Source: Sphaerodactylus townsendi
Lineage: Eukaryota
Reading direction: 5' to 3'
Length of the DNA: 64,000 nucleotides
Assembly (NCBI RefSeq): GCF_021028975.2
Contig: NC_059433.1
Coordinates: 40,238,001-40,302,000 of the forward strand
Of this stretch, positions 26,581-37,700 are shown piece by piece (the stretch's first letter is position 1; the number at the start of each line of letters is the position of its first letter). Made by a program: the position numbers and the translations under genes. The notes under the pieces are model-generated. The model was not told the DNA's origin, ran no database searches, and worked only from the letters and a program-made list of their open reading frames with translations.

Positions 26581-28251
26581 TATGGATGTCTCTTTCACCA
26601 TTGCACCACAATTTCTGCAGAGCATCCCCCTGTATAACCTCAGATGTGTAAACATCGCCTTGGAACAACTGTCAGCTCTGGCACGCAGTATTAATGTTTC
26701 CATTGCAAACGAAAGAGAAGTCAGCTTCGGAGAGGTGTGAGTTCAGCTCTCCCAGGTCCAGAGCTTTCTACTAGATAGACTGGGTAGATGATACTTGAAA
26801 TACACAGGCTGTATGTGTATGCGATATTTATCCAAATGTTAATGTGTAAGGTAGAACTGGCTATCAAAATTGGCCTCTACAAACACCTGGCAAATCTAGT
26901 CCATTTACCAATGTTTTGAGTGTTTTGGGAGATTACAGTATGTTGATCCCCAAGAAACTCGACTTTCTTGAGATGAAAAAGCTCTCTCAGGGATGTACTT
27001 TGCAGCTGAGCAGCAGCCGGATGGTGTCCATCTTTTTCTCATGTTGATGTCCAACCTGATGGCACAGTCCTGAATTAATCTTTATGTTAGGAGACTCCAT
27101 GGCTGTATTTTCCCTCATGATTAACTTCATATGTATAAACTGTTTAACCTTAAACACAGTAACCACACAGATGCAGCAATGTTTCTTTGGGTTCATTAAA
27201 ATGTTACTTCATGTTTCGATCACCCCCTCCTGTTTGCTTTCTTCAGTGAAAATTAATTTGTGTGATTTCAGAGTCTAAAGGAATTAATTATGAAATTTGT
27301 TTGAATTATACATAAGTAGATTTTGAGGTTATGGCCATTGTTAGGCCATATTATACAGAACAATTGAGTTGTTGAAATCTGATTATAACATTAAAAAATC
27401 AGCTACAGTATTTTATGATGGTCTATGCTTAACAGCTGAGATACTGCTTTAATCATTTGGTTACCTCAGAGCTATTTCAACTGCCTAAACATCATATGTT
27501 TTGGATGTTTTTAAAATTATGTACAGAACTACAGAACAGAACAGCTAATTATTGGACTTTGTAATGGGTGTATTTCACTGCAGAAATGTGATATGTTGTA
27601 TGTGCAGATCTGTTCTGGAAAGTACTATTTTGTCATATCCTTATCTGACATTTGTATCAAAATGTTTCAAGAGAATCTATTTGAGAATGTTATATAAGAC
27701 ACTTACCTATTGTCTAGTTCTTCACTTTATTATTTCTGTTGTCTGAAAGCTTATTGTGAATCTACATTATCAATATGTAATCCTAGAGAAGAATATATAT
27801 ACTTGAACCACATTTTTACTCTTCTGCTCTATAATCTCAGTGCACCACTATATAAAATGAGTCACAGAGTTGAGTTGTCACCAAGATATACTTGACTGTC
27901 TATCTTGCTATGACCCTACATACCATATTTGTCCAGTTCATTCATTGGTACTGTCATTACACATGACTTATTTCTGTCAGTGCCCTCACTGCAACCACAT
28001 ACTACACCGTGCAGCTGTTGTGCTATACAATCATTCTCAGCAGTAGTGGCTTAGTTGCTGCAGTTGTAAATGATTGCTATAGTGTCACGCTAGCACAAAA
28101 TCCAACAACGTATGGGTGCAGAATAAGGTCCAACAAATTGTGAGAAACTATTTGGGAGAAGTTTATGTTGGAAACTGGCCATGTTGATTGCGTGTGCATT
28201 TTGTAGTCTGATTCCTTTGTCTTGCTGCTTACTTATGGTTGATTGTGTGTG

Positions 28252-28543
28252 TGAAGAAGAAGAAGAAGAGTTTTGGATTTATATCCCCCTTTCTCTCCTG
28301 TAGGAGACTCAAAGGGGTTTACAATCTCCTTGCCCTTCCCCCCTCACAACAAACACCCTGTGAGGTAGGTGGGGCTGAGAGAGCTCCGAGAAACTGTGAC
28401 TAGCCCAAGGTCACCCAGCTGGCGTGTGTGGGAGTGTACAGGCTAATCTGAATTCCCCAGATAAGCCTCCACAACTCAAGTGGCAGAGCTGGGAATCAAA
28501 CCCGGTTCCTCCAGATCAGAATGCACCTTCTCTTAGCCACTAT
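28252..28543 (-). mobile_element. Squam3-like SINE, young copy
   Basis: Reverse complement of the 23371 copy, with a (GAA)n tail at 28253-28270. Confidence 0.8.
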
Positions 28544-29563
28544 CAAGTCAGAGCTCACTCATAAAAGTAGGGCTTTAAAGGCAAGAGACTAACAGAGGTG
28601 GTTTGCTATTGCCTTCCTGGTTGACTAGGACTGTTTTAGCTGATGTGCAAGCTTGTTCACTGTAAGCTGCCCTGAGCTATTGGAAGTGTGGGTTAGAAAA
28701 GTAACAACGCCATCCTAAGCAAAGTTACACTTATAAGACTATTGAGTTGAATAGACGTAGAAAAATGTAACTTTATTTACAGCCCAAACTGGTGTGTGTG
28801 TGTGTGAAAGGAGTCCTGGGAATGACGTGGGCTCGCACTGGCATGTTTGCCCATACCGCCAGCTTAAGGGGCACCTACTCTGGTGGAGAGAGTAAAGATG
28901 CTGGCAGATGGTCACCACACAGCTCTACTGGACCCAAACCAAGAAGAGCCCATTGCTATGAAACTACACCAGCATAAGAGAGCATGTCAGCACAGCAAGG
29001 GGAGGGCTGGGGGCATTTCCAGGGGTGGAGCCAGCTTTAGTCAGCTTCCAGCATGCTTCCAGCCCAGGAAGTTGAAATTGATGTTATCCTCTACCAATTA
29101 CTTTTTACAGAATGTGCATTATATAAAGTTTGCCATAGTGAGAGTTAGTTAACCACTAAATCCACACTTTGCTACCAGCAATCTATATTTTCTTCTCAGA
29201 ATCAGTGGGTGATCTGATGGGGAAATGAATGGTTTCAGAAGTTACTAAATGTGTATTTAAAAACATATTAATGCCAGGGGAAAAGAAGAAGTCCTTCAAG
29301 AAGTCAAACTGTAAGACATTTAATTAGATGGTCTCATGTGTGCCATTGGTCATATTAAAAGGCTTCAGTTCAGTTTGCTAACTACTGTGTGACATTGTAG
29401 TCAGTCCTAATAAGGGTCCTTCTGTTAATCTAGATATGAGTACTGACACTGCAGTCTATTGAGAGTAAGTTCCATTGAACTTAGGGCTTACCTAGATGCT
29501 TCCCAAATGTTCAGTAACAGGTACTCCTAAGTGTCATACACATTTAATTAAACCTGGTACGAC

Positions 29564-29698
29564 CAGTGGTGGATTCAAATAATTTAACAACCAGTTCTGG
29601 TGGTAGGATTCAAATAATTTAACAACTGGTTGTATACAAGAACCATTTTAACAACCGGTTCTGCCGAAGTGGTGTGAACTTGCTGAATCCCACCACTG
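29564..29698. mobile_element. hAT MITE (about 135 bp)
   Basis: TIR CAGTGGTGG(G)ATTCA, 8-bp TSD GGTA(C/T)GAC. A second copy lies at 50078-50210. Confidence 0.8.
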
Positions 29699-31139
29699 GG
29701 TATGACTGCCACAACTGAAGTTGAATACTATCCGTTAGCTGCTGAGAGGATGGAACACAGCCAGCTTCCTTTGCCAGGCTCATTCTCTCACTTTTCCCAC
29801 TCTCACTGAACAGCCCAGACCGTGGCATTGCTCCAGAAGGACACACTTAGGGAAGGACGTGCTTCCCCCTCTTAGCAAACACATCCTCTTCAAGCCGCCA
29901 TCACTGCTTCCCCCTCATCTTTCCTTACAGGGAAGCAGCCCATTGGTGCTGGACCTTCCACCTTTCCCTGCTCCCACCTCTTCCCCCTCCCCCCAGTTCA
30001 GTGAAGCCTGGTACAGGAAAGAGACTGAGCCCACAAAGGGAACAATGGCATTTTACCCTCTCAACTGCTAACTTGGTGGTGTCAGTGTGTCTAGCCAGAT
30101 GGACATTATGCTTTCATGTGGGCTGGGGTACATGTGAGAAATGTAACATGTAGTTAGGTGCACAGACTTAGTTTTGAACATGTGTGTAAAAAGAATCCAG
30201 TTGCACTCCTTAAAGGGTATTAGGAAAACTGAAGTCTGATATGTACTTACTGGAAATAATAGGTCAGCATCAGTAAAAATACTGTTTGACATGCCCTACT
30301 TCCCTAAGCAGTGAGATTACAGGCCGCACTTATCTGGGTTGATCCCTTTTGCAGCAGAAAGTACTGAAGCCTATGGTATTTTTGTACGTTTTGCTTTATT
30401 AACAAACTAGCAGCAAAAGCCCATTGTGGGGGGGGGGGATGCAATGGACTCTAGCAAGCACACACATCCCCCCCCCCCCAGCAATGGACTGAAGTGTTGG
30501 TACCCTTCCCCTCTCAGGGCACTTACCATTGCTGCTTGAAGGAAAGAGAAGGCAGGGGGTGGGGTCTGCTGAACCTTCTGTGGCCCGGTGCTGCTGGGGG
30601 TTGGAGGGGAAGGCAGGGGGTGGAGAGAGGGCTTCTGAGGGCCAAGGCGCTGTTGCTCTGTGGGCCAGGAAGAACTCGAATGTCCCAACAGCAACCCCTG
30701 CACCAATGGCAGATTGGTGGAGAGTTCGATTTCTTAGCATTTTATTGTTTAGGATATAAAAAACCCTGGAAATACAAACACAGGTATTAGTCCCCGCAGC
30801 AAACCCTAGTGCCAATTCTGTCCTCATGTCCACCCAACTGGCACTATGACAGCACTTAATTATATTTTCATAAAATGCTAATTTTGCTTGTCCTCTGACA
30901 TAAATTAGGGTTTTCAATTCCTGGTTGGGAAATACCTGAATATTTTGGGGGTGGTTCCTGGGGAAAGCAGGGTTTGGTGGAAGGAGGGATCTTTAAAGGG
31001 TATAATCCCATAAAGTCCACCTTTCAAAGTAGTCATTTTCTACAGGTGAACAAGCCTCTGTAGTATGGAGATGTTACAATTCTGGGACAAAAATTCAAGC
31101 AAGTTGTGCAATAAGGTCAAATGGAAGATATACAGGTGC

Positions 31140-31335
31140 CTTTTTTGCCATCAAGTCACAATCAATTTATGGCAACCCCATACGATTCTCCAGATAAGAG
31201 ACAGAGGTGGTTTGCCATCGTCAGCCTCTGCATAACAACCCAGGACATTCCTATCCAAATACTAACCAGGGCTGTCTCTGCTTAGCTTCTGAGAACTGAT
31301 GAGATCAGGCTACGCTGGGCCATCCAGGACAGGCC
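31140..31335 (-). mobile_element. 5S rRNA-derived SINE with a Sauria-type tail (5S-Sauria-like)
   Basis: The minus strand reads AGCCTGATCTCATCAGTTCTCAGAAGCTAAGCAG...TGGTTAGTATTTGGAT (5S internal control region), joined to a GGCAAACCACCTCTG...GACTTGATGGC tail. Confidence 0.75.
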
Positions 31336-31571
31336 TAAATAAATTAAATTATTATACAAATAATGAATGTATAGCAGCTTTTAAATCCCAATTCATTTTG
31401 TTGTGAGGAAGCACTAGCAGCTTTCTAGAGAATTTATGTTAGTAGACATGATCTCAGAAAGGCCTATGGTTATCTGCCATCGATTCAATTATCTCTAAAA
31501 CCGAGTATGCATATGTCTTTGTTACGATTTCTAAGCCCATGTGGTTGACATGTCATAGCCAATTCAACGCT

Positions 31572-31585
31572 GTTTCCACGGGAAC
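31572..31585. promoter_or_regulatory. RFX X-box (GTTTCCACGGGAAC)
   Basis: One mismatch to GTTNCCATGGNAAC. Sits at the 5' edge of a CpG-enriched region (31.55-32.2 kb) just upstream of the candidate first exon. Confidence 0.55.
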
Positions 31586-31796
31586 GCTTTAGCACAAATC
31601 CAGAGGGGGAACCTCAAACAGCCGTCCCTTCCGCGTTTGTCATACACGGTGATTGCCTGTGCAAATGCTTTCTGAAGTATCATTAGGCAGAAAATAATCC
31701 TTTTTCTCCCGAGTTCTGACTGCCTCCACTGATCCTATTCTCCATGTGATAAAATCATTGTGAGACCTGACAGGCGCTGTACGAGCCTACCCGTTT

Positions 31797-34700
31797 ATGG
31801 GGGCTTTCTCTACATCGTCGTCTGCATTTCCAGCCGTTGAGGACCAGAACGCTAGACTTTGGCCCGGATGTCCCACCAGCCAGCTCGCGCACCGCCTATT
31901 CTGCGATTTGATTGGCTGTAGCGGTCTGAGGGAGGGCGTGAGGGCAGGCCCTCGCCCTGCCCTCCAAACCGGCTTCCTGTGCCATGTGGAAAAGGGAGGG
32001 GGTGACTCTGCCCTCCATTCACAGGTGCACCCAAGTGAGTGGAAGGGGGCAGGTCCCGGAAGGGAGGGAAGTCCCAAGCGCCCCTCCCCGTCCGCCAAGA
32101 CGCATCAGGCTAGTTTCAAGTCGGTGGCAAGCGAGGAAATCCTTGGATTTGCCTTGTTACCTGGGCGCCTCCAGGACTCTTAGAAACGCCACCCCCTCAC
32201 AGAGAGTCCAAGAAGATCTGTCCACATTTACAGTGCCAGATGTACATTTCAGAAATAGAATGGGGAAGAGAGATCACCTGATAGTTTATGTTTGGTTTGG
32301 TTTATTAGATTTGTATACCGCCCTACCCCCGAAGGGCTCAAATTATGTGTCTGGAACTGGTCAAATCGACAGAGATAGGATGCCGCCGCCACCACCTCCA
32401 CAGTACTGCGGGGATCATAGCTCAGAGGTAGAGCACTTGCATGCAGAAGGTCCCTGGAGCATCCCCCCCCCCCCCCGCATCTCCTGTTAAAAGGATCTAG
32501 TAATAAGTGATGTGAAAGACCTCTGCTGACATTCTGGAAAACTGCTGCCTATCAAAATAGACAGTAGTGGCTTTGAGGGACTTAGTTTAGGTAGCTTCAT
32601 TTTTTTTCTTGGGAAAAAGTGGTTTCTGTGCTGAATGTCATGCATATGTACATATGCTCTGTAAGGGAACACAGGCAGTGTCCCTAAGGGAAAGTGCACA
32701 TTGTCCACTTGTGCATTCGATTATATATGTCTACTGAAATCTACCCATTGCCTGCTAGAGAAAGAACTGAAGTAAGATCCATACAGTACTTTCTATGCAC
32801 TTGCTAGTTAACAAAACATTTTAAAATGGATTCATTTGCAGTGCAACCCAATTCACTGGTACCATTCCTTTATCCCCCATGAGGGCTCAAAGCAGTTTAC
32901 ATTAATCTCCTCTCTTCCATTTCATTCTCACAACAACCCTGTGAGGTAGGTTTGGCTGAGGACTGTGGGACTGGGTCAAGGTGAGCTTTCATGGGAGAGT
33001 GGAGATTCAAGCCTGGGTCTCCCAGATCCTAGTCCAGCACTGTAAACACTACACCACACAGGCTCTCTGTGCAACACTATGCAGAGTTGTTTCATGCTAT
33101 GCTCATTGAAATAAGTGAAGTAACTATCTTAGAGTTAATCTGTGCAGGCTTATCTGAGAGTAAGTCACACTGAATATAGCAGGCCTTATTTGGGAGTAAA
33201 ATTCTGGGTAAGCAGACTTGCATTTGTCTAATCTAGTGATTTCAGTTGACATTTGTGCAACAACCTGGGTGCTGTAAGATAGGTAGCTGTGGCTGGGTCA
33301 GTGTATAAATTTCAGTCTTTCATGGGGCAATCCAAAATAAATGTGTTATCAGCCACTTATTGGCCCCCATAACACTATCATAATCCTTGTGTGAATATGA
33401 TGGATAAGACCCTTTTCTCCAAGTAAAGACACAATCTCATGGCTTTACAGGGGCATGTTTCTTAACTATGTTGTTAATACAGTGTTTTGCCACTGGGAAC
33501 TATGGAACACTTATGTATTTATGCAGATGGAAATAATTTTGTGCCTCTTATTAGTAGGGTCAATGATCAATGTCCCCTAAAGCATGTATCATCATTCCAC
33601 TGCAGGAAATTGTCTAACTCTTCAATTGACAAACGGCTGCTATATCTGATAATACGATTACATGAGAATACCAGAATCCAAGTGAGATATAGTTGTGAAG
33701 GTCACTTGTCAAACACAGAAAGGTGTGAGATGGGTGTATCCTTGCTCCTTCCCTTTTTAATATTTATGTTGACTTCCTAATAAAGCGGCTTCAAAATGTA
33801 GACATTCATGCACCAAAACTATACAATAAAAAACTAGCATTGTTGATGTATGCAGATGATGCTGTGATTTTATCACAGACAAAAACAGGGCTGAAACGAG
33901 CTCTGGAAATTCTGAAGGGGGATTGTTGCGAGGAGCATCTAATTATCAATTATAATAAAACAAAGATAATTCATTTCAATAACAGATTTAGGAGATCCTC
34001 TCGGCAAATTGATAAACATAAAATTGAGCAGAGTTTCAAATATCTAGGAGTAATTTTCCAATATAATGGTGGACAAATGGCTCATATCCAAGCAGTTATT
34101 AATGCTGCTAAGAAAAGCTCTGCAGCCATACTTAAGATTCTTTCATACCAAAGGTGGGAATTTTATTCCAGCAGCACTTAGACTATTTATGGCCAAGTAA
34201 ACACTCTCATGACTTTACAGGGGCATGTTTCTTAACTATGTTGTTAATACAGTGTTTTGCCCGGAAAACCCACCAGAACCACAAATCACAATTAACCTAT
34301 GAAGCCCAGCTCCATACTCCCTTTGCGGGTAGAGCGGTTAAGAAATTGACTTAACAACAACAACAACAACAACTGGGTCCCTATAACAATACTGCCATGC
34401 TGGAATGGGTACAATCAAGCTTTTAAAGAGCTCTTTTCAATGCTCCTAACTGCATATAAAATGTGAAAAGTCAAAAGAGATCGCTATGAGAAAGTTAAGT
34501 TTGTAAAATGTTTTTCATTAAAGCAAGAACTTATTTCAAGAATGGAAACAGATGCAGTAAGAATTTTCAATTGTATCAGATCACCCTAACCTACACCTGT
34601 TTTCCTCCTTTTACTTCTTCAGTTTAATCAGGAAAATGAACAGTTGCGCAAGAACCTGAGGCACATATACCTAAAAAACAAGCAGTTGGAATATGAGTTG

Positions 34701-37700
34701 GCACAGATGCAAGAGCAGCTGCATGCACAAAATCAGTTCACGCCTATTTGCGTTACAAAGAGAAAGTAAGAAATGGACAATCTATGTTCCTTGAGTGTCT
34801 CAGTTTCCAGTCCGGGTTCTCATTCTGGCTATCACTCTGAGTGCTGTTTTAACAACCTTGTTAGCATCCCAGCTAAGCAGCACTGAATCCAAGCTGACTT
34901 AACGTTACTGTCAAATCAGTATTCTTCACAATTTACACTCTTGTTTTTGGAAGAAAGGAAACATGAGTTGACTGTTTCAATAATTTTTGATATGTTAACA
35001 ATGTTGTGAATGTTAACACTTGTACAGACTGTTAACTCCATTTGCCTTGAAGAACTTAGAAGAGTATACAGGATCAGAGCATATGGCGATCTGTAATTTG
35101 AATGTGTTCCATTTTTTATGAGATTAATATTTAACATATCATAATCAGCTGTAAAGTGGGCAGCATTGTCTTAAAGGCATAATCATTTTCTGTAAGTTGT
35201 GAATTTTTATAGCTAATCACAAGGCCACCAAGACGGGGAGAATAGGGATACAGAAAGTTTTGGGGCCTATTTAAGTTGGGACATGTGGAACTTGGCAAGA
35301 TACTGGTGGGATAGTAGCAAGATTCCTGTTCTACTTTGGAGGGAAAACAATGTTAGAACTACAAAAATGTGATCAAATTTAGATGATATCCTAATGGATG
35401 TAAATGTATTTTTGATTAACCTTTGGTAGTGGAATTCCAGTTGCAAATGTTAAGATTAAAAGGTCCAGTAAACAAATGTACAGCTTTTCAGTTAACAGAA
35501 TTACATTATTAAGTCACAGTGTTTATTTGATTTAGTGTTCAAATTCAAACAGAAATCCATTCATTGGACACAGTTCATGCCAGGCATCGTGAAGTAGCAA
35601 AGGAAAATTCAAGGTAATCTTTTTCAATGACAATATGTTTGTTACTTATTTAGTGAGATATACTCCTACATATGTGAGCATAATGATGATGGTCTTAACA
35701 GTGCAATTGGCGAAGGCAGCGGCTTACTCGTGAGTAGGACACCTCGCAGAGTGCAATGCAAACAAGAACCGAAAGACACAGTCACCGTGCAGTTCTGTTT
35801 ATTTGCTAACTACCGTCAAAGTGCTCCGCCAGACCACAGGTGTTTCCAGGCTCTTTTCACTCTGTAGTCTGTGCCAACTATATACAATTGAGGTGCCAAT
35901 CCGGTGCCCATGTCTTATCAGACTTTGCACACGGTACACAGTTATGCACACAGCCCTAATATGCACACGGCACTTACTGGAGGGAGTGTCCACCTGTCAT
36001 CTAGATTTTGCCATCTAAACACATGTTCTGACAGCAATCCTAAGCAGAGTTGTACCTACGTTGTCAAATGTCAACCCCCCCTTCAGTTTTATACAGTGAT
36101 GCTGCTTTTAGTCAAACGCAGTTCTTCGCGTAGCTCTTATTGCTGCTGCAACCAGACAGGAAAATCCACACAGCAGTTTTCCTCACAGTTCTCTTATGTC
36201 ATAACCCCCATAACCACCCTATCTCCCAGCAGATGAGTGCCTTTAAAAAAGAAAGAAAGCCCAGAGTAGATTGTGGCAGTAGATCAACGGCATAATACTA
36301 AAATTCCAGATTTTTTCAAGGCGTGAAAAAGGCCATCTGGTGTTGGCTGGAATGGCTGAATGTGTAAGGAAAGTATTGCAAGGAAAGTAGTGTCAATATG
36401 GGTGGAGCCTTAAAAATGCACACTTTTCTGTCTACGCAGCATCCAAAGGAAGTTTGAGGTGTCTTTACTCCAGCTCTTCTTAGGTCTGCAAAACTGGGCA
36501 TGATGACCTCTCCTGTCTGTCTTTCTCTTGTTTCGGCTCTCCTTTTTTTTTCTTTCTAGTGCAGGAGCAGATGCCAACCAATTAACAGAGTTGCAGCCTC
36601 TGTGTATATACCTGTCAGGACTATAATCCTGTGATCTCCATTATCTCCAGAGACATCTGATCTCAGCATCACCTGAAAGGCTGCTAGCATGTCAAAGGCC
36701 GTTTGGGGCCTGCTGCAGTTTCTCTGCCTCTTGTTGAAGTTGCTCTGGATCTTCTTATTATTTTGCCACATTTGTCCTCCCAAGCCATTCGCGCTGTCCC
36801 TACAGAAGCCTTGTCATGCACATCCTGCATTTCACCTTTTCTTTAAGGAAGGAACTCAAACAATAGCATTGAAAGGTAGTGAGTAAAAGACCCAGAGCCG
36901 TTTATTTATACAACTTCATTTGCTTTCAGCTGGGTTTGTATAGGCCGTTTTGTTTTGTGTATATGTGTATGTTTAAAACATCTGTGATTCCTTCTTATTT
37001 TGCATGTTTTGGTTTCTAGATTGCGTCAGTTGTACAATAATCTCCTGAGGAAGCATAATAAAGAAATAAAAGCAAATCAAGAACACAGTGAAACAATTGC
37101 AGTACTTTCTGTAAGATTTATGTCACTTCAAAGTATATGCTAAATAAGGCTGCATCGACACAGTGCGCATTCTTTGTTTTGCATTCCTTGCTGCTGTGAA
37201 TGCTGAGGCATGTGCATCAGAAATGGAGCATCCAGACAGGAATTTTCTGTGTACTTTCATCTGTATGTGGCCATTTTCCCTGCACCAGTGGGCTTTTTGA
37301 AGGGACTTTTTAACCATTAAAAAAAGACTTCTGGTGGTGTGGCAAAGAAAATGGACGTTGTGAGCAACTCAGGGAAGAAAAATAGAAGAAAAATGAATAG
37401 CAGCTTTGGGAATGCACACCTTTCCATCCAGACAGTGTGATAGCACTATTCGACTGCCTTCTTCCCAAAAAGATTGGAACAAAGCAGAGAGTGCTCTCAG
37501 GTCCAGAAAAGGACAACTAGAGCATATTGTATAGAAGATGCTTTCCTTCCAAATCACTACAGGGAAAGGTCTCCATATGGAGACAGCCAAAGAGTGTCCA
37601 AGATCTGCTAGAGCCTTTGAGACCTGATCTGGTGTAGTGATTAAAGTGTTGGACTTGATTTAGGGCAGTGGTTCTCAATCTTCCCAATGCCGCGACCCTT

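Noticed and set aside
25550-26651. Many ORFs, including the 197-aa 25750-26343
   Set aside because: CpG-island artefacts. Only 25968-26075 on the minus strand matches IMPA2.
31250-31312. 5S rRNA gene
   Set aside because: It is partial, diverged and fused to a SINE tail, so it is a SINE head.
32410-32465. tRNA-Ala gene
   Set aside because: The anticodon and T arms are disrupted and it continues into a SINE body.
36560-36626. Strong acceptor inside the CEP290-like gene
   Set aside because: It gives a stop after about 21 codons in the required phase and is not needed for the model. At most a poison or alternative exon.
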